Source: Trueperaceae bacterium (lineage in GTDB: Bacteria > Deinococcota > Deinococci > Deinococcales > Trueperaceae). From it: a stretch of DNA of 64,000 nt. The position numbers were made by a program, and so were the translations under genes. The DNA is taken from NCBI GenBank assembly GCA_965213925.1, contig OZ243927.1:3872001-3936000 (forward strand), written 5' to 3'. The notes below the pieces were generated by a model. The model was given only the letters and a program-made list of their open reading frames with translations, had not been told where the DNA came from and made no database searches. Positions 54,907 to 64,000 of the stretch are shown here, piece by piece; positions within the stretch are counted from its first letter, which is position 1, and each line of letters starts with the position of its first letter.

Positions 54907-55821
54907 ATGCGCAGATTGACTTTAGTCCTACTCTCCGTTCTCCTCGTGAGCTTCGGCTCCGCGCAAAAGGGAACGCTCACGATCGGCTCGAAGGTTGACA
55001 CCGAGGGAACGGTATTGGCGCAGATTATCCGGCTGATGTTGGAGCAAAACGACTTTGCTGTGAACGACCGCTCAGGCTTCGGGACGACCTCGGTCGTGCG
55101 CGAGGCGCTCTTGGCGGGCGAGATCGACCTCTACCCCGAATACACCGGCTCCGCTTTGACCTTCTTCCCCGACGCGGCGTTGCCCGAAGGCGTCTCCACG
55201 GACGCCCAAGCGCTGTACCAGACCGTGAAAGACCTCGACGCGGAGCGCAACAACGTGACGTGGTTAGAGCAAGCGCCCGCAAACAACACGTGGGCGATCG
55301 CCGTCCCGGAGAGCCTAGCGCAGGAGAACAACCTGGAGACGATGGGCGACCTCGCGACTTACATCAGCGAGGGCGGCGAGTTCAAGCTCGCGGCGAGCCA
55401 GGAGTTCGTGGACCGCCCCGACGCGCTTAAAGCGTTCGAGAGCACCTACGGATTCGAAGTCTCTTCAGATCAGCTCGTCATCTTAGCGGGCGGCAACACC
55501 ACCCAGACCGAAACAGCCGCGGCGCAGGGCACCGACGGCGTCAACGCGGCGATGGCGTACGGCACCGACGGCACCATTTCGGCGCTCGGTCTCACCACGC
55601 TCTCGGACCCGCAAAACGCCGTAGCCATCTACCAGCCTGCGCCTACCGTTCGCGGCGAAATCGCGAGCCAGTACCCCGAACTCGCCGAGATTCTCAACCC
55701 CGTGTTCGAATCGCTCGACGAGGAGACGCTGCAAAACCTCAACGGGCAAGTCGCCGTAGACGGTCTCGACCCGGCGCAGGTAGCCGAGGAATACCTCACC
55801 ACCGAGGGCTTCTTGCAGTAG
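54907..55821 (+). CDS. osmF: Osmoprotectant ABC substrate-binding protein, OsmF-like (second paralog)
   Basis: IGSKVDTEG, DLYPEYTG and ANNTWAIA motifs. Confidence 0.9.
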   Translation: MRRLTLVLLSVLLVSFGSAQKGTLTIGSKVDTEGTVLAQIIRLMLEQNDFAVNDRSGFGTTSVVREALLAGEIDLYPEYTGSALTFFPDAALPEGVSTDAQALYQTVKDLDAERNNVTWLEQAPANNTWAIAVPESLAQENNLETMGDLATYISEGGEFKLAASQEFVDRPDALKAFESTYGFEVSSDQLVILAGGNTTQTETAAAQGTDGVNAAMAYGTDGTISALGLTTLSDPQNAVAIYQPAPTVRGEIASQYPELAEILNPVFESLDEETLQNLNGQVAVDGLDPAQVAEEYLTTEGFLQ

Positions 55822-55938
55822 TTGTAGCAAGACTTTGAGAGTACATGATGACAAGTCTATGGCGAGAACGAAGGGCTGGAACACTCCAGCCCTTTCGCGT
55901 TTCGCTCGCGGAGAACTCGAGCCGATAACGAGGTGGCT

Positions 55939-57351
55939 ATGCGCGAATCCGTCAACCCTGTAACGCTCTTAGCGAGCGCGGTCGGCATTCTGGGCGTGCT
56001 CGGCACGAACTGGCTGCTCCTCAAGGAGAACCGCATCGTCGAGGGCGAGGCGTACAGCGCCTTCGCGCTGCCACTGGTGTGGGTCTCCCTCTTGCTCGGC
56101 GCTTGGCTCGCGCTTGCGGTGGTGAGCGCCGTCAAATTTAAGGGGCGTCCCTGGGTACTCGGGGGGCTTGCGTCGGCGGGACTTCTTTTAGGCATCGCGC
56201 TGATTAGCCAAGGCACCGAAACGCTGCTCGGTGAGGTGGCGAACGCTGAGCGGGCTAGAGTTTCGCCGCGTGGCGGCGTCTGGCTGACGCTGCTGGCGTA
56301 CTACATCGGCATCTTCGGCACGCTCGGCGAACTGCGCGGCCCTAAGTGGAGGTCCGCGGCGGTCGTCGCGCCGGGGCTCCTCGGCGCGGCGCTCCTCCTC
56401 GCGTTCGGGGCGCTCAGCGACTTGGGGCTCGCCCGCGAGTTCGCGGTGCGCGGCGAAGACTTCGTCTCAGAAGTGGTGCGCCATTTAGCGCTCTCAGGGA
56501 CGAGTGTGCTGCTCGCGGCTGCCATCGGCGTGCCCGCCGCCATCCAAGCGGCGCGGAGCGACCAGGTGGCGGCGTTCGTGCTGCCGAGCGCCAGCTTGCT
56601 GCAGACGCTGCCGTCGTTGGCGCTTTTCGGCCTGATGCTGGGACCGCTGGCGCAACTCGGTAACGGGGTGAGCGTAGGGGCAGCGCTGCTCTTTATCCTG
56701 GTTGGGCTCATCGTCACGGCGGCGCTCATTTGGGGCTTTCGGAGGATGCGGCAGATGCTTTCGGACGCTTTGGAGAGCGTCTACTTGGGCATCACGGTTC
56801 TCGTCGCCCTCGTCCCGCTCGCGCTGCTCACAGTGATTTTGGCGGTTTTTCTCAACGACCTCATCGTAGCAGTGTTCAGCTTCGACTTTAGCGGGCTCGG
56901 CCTTCCTAGCCTCACCGCGTCCCTCTCGGCGCTCGGCGTGCGCGGCATCGGTACGGCTCCGGCGCTCATTGCCCTGACGCTCTACGCGCTCTTGCCGATC
57001 GTGCGCAACTGTTACACGGGCGTCAAAGAGGTGCCTAGAGCCGCGATTGAAGCGGGGCGCGGTATGGGGATGAACCAGCGGCAGATTCTACGCCGCGTCG
57101 AGCTGCCTTTGGCGCTTCCGCTCATCGTGGAGGGGCTGCGGGCGTCGGCGGTGCTGACGATCGGCATCGCGACGGTCGCATTTTTGATCGGGGCGGGCGG
57201 TTTGGGCACCTTTATCGAGAGCGGCATCAGCCAGCAAGTCCCCGACCTCATCCTACTCGGGGCGATCCCAATCATTCTGCTCGCGCTCCTCGTCGACGCG
57301 CTTTTGCGCGGCGTGGGGGCACTCTTGACCTCGCCTGGAATTCGCACGTGA
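55939..57351 (+). CDS. Osmoprotectant ABC permease (YehY-like)
   Basis: QTLPSLALFG, LLPIVRN and EAGRGMGM motifs. Confidence 0.88.
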   Translation: MRESVNPVTLLASAVGILGVLGTNWLLLKENRIVEGEAYSAFALPLVWVSLLLGAWLALAVVSAVKFKGRPWVLGGLASAGLLLGIALISQGTETLLGEVANAERARVSPRGGVWLTLLAYYIGIFGTLGELRGPKWRSAAVVAPGLLGAALLLAFGALSDLGLAREFAVRGEDFVSEVVRHLALSGTSVLLAAAIGVPAAIQAARSDQVAAFVLPSASLLQTLPSLALFGLMLGPLAQLGNGVSVGAALLFILVGLIVTAALIWGFRRMRQMLSDALESVYLGITVLVALVPLALLTVILAVFLNDLIVAVFSFDFSGLGLPSLTASLSALGVRGIGTAPALIALTLYALLPIVRNCYTGVKEVPRAAIEAGRGMGMNQRQILRRVELPLALPLIVEGLRASAVLTIGIATVAFLIGAGGLGTFIESGISQQVPDLILLGAIPIILLALLVDALLRGVGALLTSPGIRT

Positions 57352-57427
57352 ACGTCGTCTGTTTTGGCAAACCGAGCAACATACCTACTGAGAGACGTTA
57401 CGAAAGGCTTCGTGAGAGGGGAACGCG

Positions 57428-58534
57428 GTGATTCGACTCGAGAACGTAACCAAGCGCTACGGCGACGAAACGGCGGTCAAATCGCTGTCCTTCGAGATCG
57501 ACGAGGGCGACCTCGTCGTCCTCATCGGCCCGTCGGGCTGCGGCAAAACCACCACACTCAAGATGATCAACCGCCTGATCGAGCCGACCTCGGGCAAGAT
57601 TTACGTGGACGCTCAAGACACGGAGGACGCCGACCCGCAAGCCCTGCGGCGCGGCATCGGCTACGTGATCCAGAGCATCGGCTTATTTCCCCACATGACG
57701 GTCAAGCAGAACGTCCAGGTCGTCCCCGACTTGCTCGGTTGGGATAAGAAGCGGAGCGCGGAGCGCGCGGACGAACTCCTGCACCTCACCGGCTTGGACC
57801 CTAAGCGCTACCGCGACTCGTATCCCAAGGAACTCTCCGGGGGTCAAGCGCAGCGCGTGGGCGTGGCGCGGGCGCTGGCGGTGGACCCGCCCGTGCTGCT
57901 CATGGACGAGCCCTTCGGCGCGGTGGACCCCTTGACCCGCGAGCGGCTCCAGGAGGAGTTTTTGAAGCTCCAGGGTCAGCTCAAAAAAACCATCGTGATG
58001 GTCACACACGATATCGATGAGGCCATCAAGATGGGTGACAAGGTCTGCGTGATGAACGCGGGCGAGTTGGAGCAGTACGACGCCCCGGAGACGCTCCTGT
58101 CCCACCCTAAGAGCCGCTTCGTGCGGCAGTTCGTGGGGAGCGACCGCGCTTTGAAGCGCCTCAGCCGCGTGAAAGTCAGCGAGTTGTCTCGAGAGGTCGC
58201 GTCGCTAGAACTAGACGCCGCGCCGAAAGAAGCCGAAGCCGCGCTCGCCCAGCGCAGCACGGTTTACGTGACGAAAGAGGGAAGGCTCGTGGGCTGGCTC
58301 GACCGCCGCGCCTTCGCTGACACCAAGGTCGTCGCGGACGCCTACACCGAAGCGGACGCCGAGGTCTACGGCGTCTTGAGCGGCGACGACGCCAAGGACG
58401 CCCTCTCGAGGATGCTCAGCCAGGGCGTCACCGAGATGCCCGTCACCGACGAGCGCGGGCAACTTGTCGGTGTTATCGATATGCAAGTGATTTTAGAGCT
58501 GACTAGCGAACGCGAACAGGAGGCTGCCGCGTGA
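57428..58534 (+). CDS. Osmoprotectant ABC ATP-binding subunit with CBS domains
   Basis: GPSGCGKTT, LSGGQAQR and MDEPFGA motifs. Confidence 0.93.
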   Translation: MIRLENVTKRYGDETAVKSLSFEIDEGDLVVLIGPSGCGKTTTLKMINRLIEPTSGKIYVDAQDTEDADPQALRRGIGYVIQSIGLFPHMTVKQNVQVVPDLLGWDKKRSAERADELLHLTGLDPKRYRDSYPKELSGGQAQRVGVARALAVDPPVLLMDEPFGAVDPLTRERLQEEFLKLQGQLKKTIVMVTHDIDEAIKMGDKVCVMNAGELEQYDAPETLLSHPKSRFVRQFVGSDRALKRLSRVKVSELSREVASLELDAAPKEAEAALAQRSTVYVTKEGRLVGWLDRRAFADTKVVADAYTEADAEVYGVLSGDDAKDALSRMLSQGVTEMPVTDERGQLVGVIDMQVILELTSEREQEAAA

Positions 58535-59313
58535 GTGCGCTGACCGGACAGCTCCCCGGCACATCGGAGAAGGCGAAAGCGTGGCTGCAGGTCGCCTTCG
58601 CGGGCGTCGCCTTCGCCGCGCTTTTCTGGCTCTTTGCGCAGCAAGCGTGGTGGGGTGCGCTGCTTGGCTGGCTTTTTCCCGCGCAGCCCACCGTACTTTT
58701 TGAACGTAACACGCTTCTGGAGCTTGCCGTGCAGCACCTCATCATCGTGGGCTCGGCGCTGGCGCTGATCCTCGCCATCGGCATTCCGCTCGGAGTGTGG
58801 CTCACGCGCCCGTCGGGGCGGGCTTTTCTGCCTCTAGCCTCGAGCCTCCTCTCGGTCGGTCAAACCTTCCCGCCCATCGCCGTGCTCGCGCTCGCGCTGC
58901 CCTTTTTCGGCTTCGGTCTGCGCCCGACGCTCATCGCGCTCGTCGCGTACGGGCTCTTGCCCGTAACGAGGAACACCATCGCGGGCTTAGAGGCGGTCCC
59001 GACCACGCTGCAAGAAGCCGCCAAGGGGATGGGGATGGGACCGTGGGAGCGGCTCTTTCGCCTCGAGCTGCCGCTCGCGCTCCGCGTCATGCTCGCAGGC
59101 GTGCGCGTGAGCGCGATCTACACGATCGGCACAGCGACGGTCGCGCCCATCATCGGGGCGGGCGGCCTGGGCGTACCGATCATCGCTGGGCTGACGAACC
59201 GCAACTTGGCGTACGTTTTAGAGGGCGCGGTTCCGGTGGCGCTCTTAGCGCTCGTCGTGGACTTCGCGATTGGACGGCTCGAGGTCGCGCTCACGCCGAC
59301 GGGGTTGGATTAG
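58531..59313 (+). CDS. Osmoprotectant ABC permease (YehW-like)
   Basis: GQTFPPIAVLA, YGLLP..RNT and EAAKGMGM motifs. Confidence 0.9.
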   Translation: MSALTGQLPGTSEKAKAWLQVAFAGVAFAALFWLFAQQAWWGALLGWLFPAQPTVLFERNTLLELAVQHLIIVGSALALILAIGIPLGVWLTRPSGRAFLPLASSLLSVGQTFPPIAVLALALPFFGFGLRPTLIALVAYGLLPVTRNTIAGLEAVPTTLQEAAKGMGMGPWERLFRLELPLALRVMLAGVRVSAIYTIGTATVAPIIGAGGLGVPIIAGLTNRNLAYVLEGAVPVALLALVVDFAIGRLEVALTPTGLD

Positions 59314-59318
59314 TGTGG

Positions 59319-60037
59319 CTACTCCTCTTTCGGTTTATGCTTCGCCGCCCACGTCACCTGCCGCCACAGCCCCCTCAGCGCCAAGACCTCACGCTCGCTC
59401 AGCTCGGCGCGGTCAAAGATGCCGCGGAAGAGTTCGCGGGCACTCGCCTCGCGCTGGGCGTCGGTGTAGCCAATCAGGTGGAGCGTCCTGAATAAGTTGG
59501 GCGTACATGGGCTCGAGCACCTCCCTAGGCGCGAGGTCTGAGAGGTCTTTCACCTTTTTTCTTTCTGCGACCTCTTGACGCGCCACGAACCACTCGTACG
59601 CCACGAGCTGCACCGCCTGGGCGAGATTCAACGAGGCGTAGTCGGAGGTGGGAATCTGGATGTAACCCTGGCAGTGGTCCAGGTCCTCGTTGCTGAGCCC
59701 GAAGTCTTCAGGTCCGAACGCCACCGCGACCTCTTCGGCGGGGAGCGTCTGCGCGGCTTCCCTAGCGCTATAGACGCGCTGGTTGTTCGTCCTCGGTCGC
59801 GCCGTCGTGCCGAGGACGAGCTTGCAGCCCGCAACAGCCTTCAGCCAGAGAATTACACTGAACAGCGTTCTCTAAAACGTCACCCGCGTGAGAGGCGAGC
59901 GCGAAGGCACGTTTGCTAAGCGGTCTTTGCGGCGAGACGAGGTAGAGCGCCTCGAGCCCGAAGTTCTTCATCGCGCGGGCGGCTGCGCCGACGTTCGCGG
60001 GTTCTTTAGGGCGGACGAGGATGATTCTTAGGGGCAC
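59319..60037 (-). pseudogene. trmJ: TrmJ/TrmH-family SPOUT RNA methyltransferase broken by two +1 frameshifts (pseudogene or sequencing error)
   Basis: NVGAAARAMKNFG, FGPEDFGLSN and SLNLAQAV motifs; coding sequence split over three frames; removing single bases at about 59840 and 59494 restores 239 codons including the stop. Confidence 0.8.
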
Positions 60038-60126
60038 ATGGGAGTATAGCAATTCGGCAAAACACCAGTTGAAACACCGCAATCTGATACAAGAACGGCG
60101 GCGCGAACCCGTGCTACCTTGTGAAC

Positions 60127-60711
60127 ATGTTAGGTAAAATCTTCCGAAAAGAGCCGGATAACCCCAAAGTCCCCGCCGGACAGAGCGTCACCGAGCGTTT
60201 TCCCGTCTTGACGTACGGACCGACGCCGCGCGTGAGCGAAGAGGAGTTCGAGCTGCGCGTGTTCGGGCTCGCCGAAGCGCAGACGTTCAACTGGCAAGAC
60301 CTCATGGCGCTGCCGCAGACGACGCTGACCAGAGACTTTCACTGCGTGACGCACTGGTCGAAGCTGGACGTCGGCTGGACGGGCGTCCTCATGACTGATT
60401 TGATGAAGGTGCTCAAGCCTCAAAGCGACGCTACCCACGTGATGTTTCACTGCTACGGCGGCTACACCACGAACCTCGAGATGGACGACTTTTTGGCAGA
60501 CGGGTGCATGGTGGCACATAAGTTAGAGGGCGAGCCCATCCCCACAGAACACGGCGGACCGGTCCGCACGATTATTCCTCACCTCTACGCCTGGAAGAGC
60601 GCCAAGTGGCTCTCGGGCATCGAGTTCATGGACGGCGACAGACCGGGGTTCTGGGAGCGCAACGGCTACCACATGCGCGGCGACCCGTTTAAGGAGGAGC
60701 GCTACAGCTAA
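60127..60711 (+). CDS. Sulfite oxidase-like molybdopterin oxidoreductase
   Basis: P.GQ....FPVL, DFHCVTHWS, HGGPVR and YAWKSAKW motifs; TGcTACCTT 6 nt before ATG. Confidence 0.9.
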   Translation: MLGKIFRKEPDNPKVPAGQSVTERFPVLTYGPTPRVSEEEFELRVFGLAEAQTFNWQDLMALPQTTLTRDFHCVTHWSKLDVGWTGVLMTDLMKVLKPQSDATHVMFHCYGGYTTNLEMDDFLADGCMVAHKLEGEPIPTEHGGPVRTIIPHLYAWKSAKWLSGIEFMDGDRPGFWERNGYHMRGDPFKEERYS

Positions 60712-60778
60712 AGGCTGGCGAATGAGGGTAAAAAGTGAGGTGGACGTGCAGCTCGAGACGCGTTGAGAGGGGCAAGAG

Positions 60779-61120
60779 ATGGCCAAAGACCAAGAGCAGA
60801 TCAAAAACGAATTTGACGATCTCGTTAATATGACATCCAAGCAGCTAAACGAGTGGTTGGAGACTGAGAAGTCTCAGAGTGTCGGTCAGGACGCGGGCGA
60901 CGGCGAGGCCAAAGGGCACAAGTCGGGTCGGCACATCGTGGACATCTTGCAAAAGAACAAAGCCGACCTCACAGGTGACGACCTGGACCACATGAACAAA
61001 GTCGTGAGCTACATCAAGCGCCACAGAGCGCAAGGGCCTTCAGGCGACGCCGAGGAGAGCGACTGGCGCTACTCGCTGATGAACTGGGGACACGACCCGT
61101 GCAAGGAAGGCAACTGCTAG
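60779..61120 (+). CDS. DUF3140 family protein
   Basis: F...VNMT..QL..WL, GHKSGR.I and WRYSLMNWGHDP motifs. Confidence 0.88.
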   Translation: MAKDQEQIKNEFDDLVNMTSKQLNEWLETEKSQSVGQDAGDGEAKGHKSGRHIVDILQKNKADLTGDDLDHMNKVVSYIKRHRAQGPSGDAEESDWRYSLMNWGHDPCKEGNC

Positions 61121-61161
61121 TTGACGCCGCTCACGCGCTGAAGAAACGTGCACCAAAGAAC

Positions 61162-61200
61162 AAGACCGGACGAGCAGCTAAGCTGCTCGTCCGGTCTTTT
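61162..61200. terminator. Terminator between convergent DUF3140 and rpsT
   Basis: 18-bp perfect inverted repeat AAGACCGGACGAGCAGCT-A-AGCTGCTCGTCCGGTCTT. Confidence 0.8.
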
Positions 61201-61213
61201 CCTAATAACGCTT

Positions 61214-61480
61214 TTAAGCTCGTATCTCTTGCAAGCGTTTCGCCAAACGCGACTTCTTGCGCGCGGCGGTGTTCTTGTGGAGCGTCGAGCCTTTCGCGGC
61301 TTTGTCGATGAGGCTCACCGCGACTTTACGGTACTTCTCGGCGTTGGCGCTGTCGCCCGCTTCGGCGGCGGCGACCGCTTTTTTGCTAAAGGTGCGAATT
61401 GTGCTCTTCATCGCGCGGTTTTTCGCGCGCGCCTCTTGCGACTGGCGGTGGTACTTCATTGCGGATGGATTTCTTGCCAT
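61214..61480 (-). CDS. rpsT: 30S ribosomal protein S20
   Basis: SAMK..RQS....NR..KS.IRT and [22 protein letters not shown] motifs. Confidence 0.96.
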   Translation of the reverse strand: MARNPSAMKYHRQSQEARAKNRAMKSTIRTFSKKAVAAAEAGDSANAEKYRKVAVSLIDKAAKGSTLHKNTAARKKSRLAKRLQEIRA

Positions 61481-61780
61481 GCTCTTCCTCTTTCTTAGCC
61501 CCTATGTCGGGTATTCAAGGTGTGCCCATTTTTTAACCTAAAGATAGCGCCCAGCGCTGTAACCTTGAAAGTGTAGCATAGCGAGGTGCGTAGAGGCAAC
61601 GCCGTGAGACAGAAGAAATTGCCTAAAGGTTACACAATTTCTCGGCTCTGAACGACGGACCTCTTTTGTGTATCGCTTGAAAAAATCTGACTGGGGCGGA
61701 ATCTCGAGACTCTCGCAGAACTTAACCAACGCCGTATTTAGATTGCTCGAGCAAACCGACGCCGATTCTTACAAACTCAC

Positions 61781-62470
61781 TCAACGTTCCTCGGACAACC
61801 CCACGTGCTCCATCAGCCGGGCGACTTGCGCTCTAAGCGCCGCGACCTCTTGACGCAGCGAGGCGACCTCACTTTGCGGCGAAGCGTAGCTCGGAGGTGC
61901 GGCAATGCCTGAACTCGAGCCCGAGACGACTCTCGGAGGCTCCCCCTCGGTCCCGCGCACCCTCGGCTTGAGCTTTTCCGGGTCGACGCCTAGCGTGTGG
62001 TTCCAGCGGTCCTGGCTCTGCCCGGGCCCGCGTCCATAGTTTTTGACCAGGGGCGGGCGGTGCTCTTGCAGCCGCGCCAAGCTCTCCTGGGCGGCGGCCA
62101 CGTCTGGAAAGTGCGTGTAGCGCTCCGTGCGCGTGCGCAGCTCGCCGGGCGTCTGAGGACCGCGCAGCATCAGCACGGCGAGCACGGCGAGGTCGCGACC
62201 TCGCACGTCGAGCGCTTCGACCAGTCTATGGTGATGCTTGACGGCACGTTCGCTCACGCCTCTTGAAGATTGCGTCAGACCTTTGTCGCTCAAGAGCCGC
62301 AAGGTAGCCTCGACCTCGAGCGAGTCGTAGGCAGTCACCGGGTCGCGATTAGTCTTCTGGTTGCACGCCAGCACGAGCGCGTTGGTCGACAGGGGGTACG
62401 CTTCGGGGGTGGTGCGCTCCTTCTCGACCAGCGAGCCGAGCACGCGCAGTTCGATGTCGCTTAAACTCAC
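61781..62470 (-). CDS. YceH (DUF480) family protein
   Basis: RVLGSLVEK..TTP..YPLS.NAL..ACNQK.NRDPV and LRGPQTPGELR motifs. Confidence 0.92.
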   Translation of the reverse strand: MSLSDIELRVLGSLVEKERTTPEAYPLSTNALVLACNQKTNRDPVTAYDSLEVEATLRLLSDKGLTQSSRGVSERAVKHHHRLVEALDVRGRDLAVLAVLMLRGPQTPGELRTRTERYTHFPDVAAAQESLARLQEHRPPLVKNYGRGPGQSQDRWNHTLGVDPEKLKPRVRGTEGEPPRVVSGSSSGIAAPPSYASPQSEVASLRQEVAALRAQVARLMEHVGLSEER

Positions 62471-62561
62471 GTCAAGAGTGTAGCAAATTGGGGCTTTTCG
62501 TGCCTACTTCTGAGAGAAGAATATGAAACCTCTCACAAGGCACATGGTCGCGGAACAAGAC

Positions 62562-63071
62562 TCAGAAAGAGACGCTGATGCTGCCGTTCTCGAGGATGAT
62601 GCGCTGATTCGCCTCGAGAAACGAACTCCCCGCCAAAGACGCGCCCAGGTAATAGTTTGGTCTGGCGATGAGGTCAGCCAGTGCGCCGCTGTATTCGCCG
62701 CCGCCGACCTCGATGGGTTTTGTCTCACCGGGCTCGAGTCGGGTAACATCTGACAGCACGATATCGGCGTCTGAAGCGTCGGCACAGAACGCTTGGTCCC
62801 CTTCTCGCCCGGCGGGGGCGGCTTCGCGTCCGTAGACCCGGAGGGTCACAGCCTCGGGCTCACCGATCAAACTGCTCGATTCGTAGGTCGCGTCCGCCCG
62901 GTAGGTCGCCCTGCGAAAGTTCGCCGGTGCGCTCTCCGTGCTCAGCGCGTAGCAAACGCGGCCGTTGCTGCTTCCGGCGGGCAATTCGACGTCGGGCACG
63001 GAGATACGAACGGGGGCAAACGAGCACCCCGCTAAGAATACAAGAATGATTGCGCAAAAAATTCTGGTCAT
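62562..63071 (-). CDS. Hypothetical lipoprotein
   Basis: Lipobox LAGC; SD GAGG. Confidence 0.7.
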   Translation of the reverse strand: MTRIFCAIILVFLAGCSFAPVRISVPDVELPAGSSNGRVCYALSTESAPANFRRATYRADATYESSSLIGEPEAVTLRVYGREAAPAGREGDQAFCADASDADIVLSDVTRLEPGETKPIEVGGGEYSGALADLIARPNYYLGASLAGSSFLEANQRIILENGSISVSF

Positions 63072-63501
63072 AAAGAACCTCTCAGCTCGGTATACCTAGA
63101 GATTGTGCAAAGGGATGTGAAAAGGCTTAAATCCATCCGGTAGACAATTGATGCATCGCACTTTAGCGTATCACCTATCCTATATCTATGAGTTTACCAT
63201 TTGTAATTCGTTAAGAAACCTTAATTTTCTCCACATGAACTTGGGGTGTGAAATGTTTCATAGTTGACTCTAGTTAATGAATTTCATGAACGGAGGCTAC
63301 CAAATACCGTTGCGCTACCGAGCCCTACGGGTTGTTCTTAGCACGCTAAGAGACACCTAGAGAGTGTCGCTATAGCAAGTCGCGGTCTTTGTTGATGGCG
63401 TCACACATTGCAATCCACGCCTTAGATTGCCCTATCTTGATTGCCCGGTGACGAAACATTCCGCTTTTATTACGACTTTCCACAGAATAGGACTTGTTTT
63501 T

Positions 63502-64000
63502 ATGACCTTACGGTATCTTATGGGGCGCTCACGCCTTCGCTCATCTGTATTTTTTGCGGTCACGCTCGCGCTTTTGCTCACGGCTTGTACGAGCGGTCTA
63601 GAAGACGCCCCCGAATTAGAGACTGCAGCGACCAAGACCACCACCTCGCGCATCAGCTCCGACCGCGACGACGCCGAAGAGCGCGCCTCGGGCAAGGTCG
63701 TGACCAGCAGCACCGACATTGAGCTGACCGACGACATCAAGCGCGGGCAGCAGCGCGTCGGACTGCGCTTCAACAACGTCAAGGTGCCACACGGCACGGA
63801 TATCAAAGAGGCGTACATTCAGTTCAAAGCCGACGAGACCGACTCGGGCGCGATCAAGGTGCGCATCCACGCGCATGATACGAACGACGCGCCTGGCTTC
63901 TCGTCGGGCAAAAAGAGGGACATCTCCAAGCGGAAGAAGACCTCAGCGTCGAAGAGCTGGAGCATCGCGAGTTGGAAGAAGCGGGGCGAAAGAGGACGCA
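63502..64000 (+). CDS. Lipoprotein with a DNRLRE/CBM96-like domain, 3'-truncated by window edge
   Basis: Lipobox LTAC; DDAEE...SSTDIEL...VGLRFNNVKVP.G..I..AYIQF; no stop before the edge. Confidence 0.7.
   Translation, partial: MTLRYLMGRSRLRSSVFFAVTLALLLTACTSGLEDAPELETAATKTTTSRISSDRDDAEERASGKVVTSSTDIELTDDIKRGQQRVGLRFNNVKVPHGTDIKEAYIQFKADETDSGAIKVRIHAHDTNDAPGFSSGKKRDISKRKKTSASKSWSIASWKKRGERGR

Noticed and set aside
63301..63391. Second c-di-GMP-II riboswitch or a tRNA
   Set aside because: Minus strand has GUAGCGCAAC but lacks the 5' GGAA..UGA and kink-turn elements; no T-loop, D-loop or anticodon geometry for a tRNA

Overview
High-GC bacterial chromosomal segment, most consistent with Deinococcota, possibly Trueperaceae-like (inference). 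The clues are a short Thermus-type EF-Ts, a caa3-type oxidase with fused subunits I+III and II+cyt c, and many leaderless genes. Housekeeping content: thiolase, argG/argH, a caa3 oxidase and heme A cluster, rpsB-tsf-pyrH-frr-cdsA, corA, two paralogous osmoprotectant ABC operons, an NhaC antiporter and rpsT. Accessory content: an Xre-MazF toxin-antitoxin pair, a lone Mrr, several modular surface lipoproteins and a family of ~170-200 bp MITE/REP-like repeats. The most interesting element is missing from the ORF track. On the minus strand a cupin-HD-GYP phosphodiesterase gene is followed by a class II c-di-GMP riboswitch (about 44835-44905), which sits in front of a 41-aa secreted peptide gene (44651-44776); this is a candidate peptide/c-di-GMP feedback module. 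A second hidden element is a 14-aa Arg-rich leader ORF (MLSIVPLASRARRR) in the structured argG leader. Several single-base frameshifts (coxB, trmJ-like) may be sequencing errors. All product calls come from motif recognition by eye; no database searches were run.
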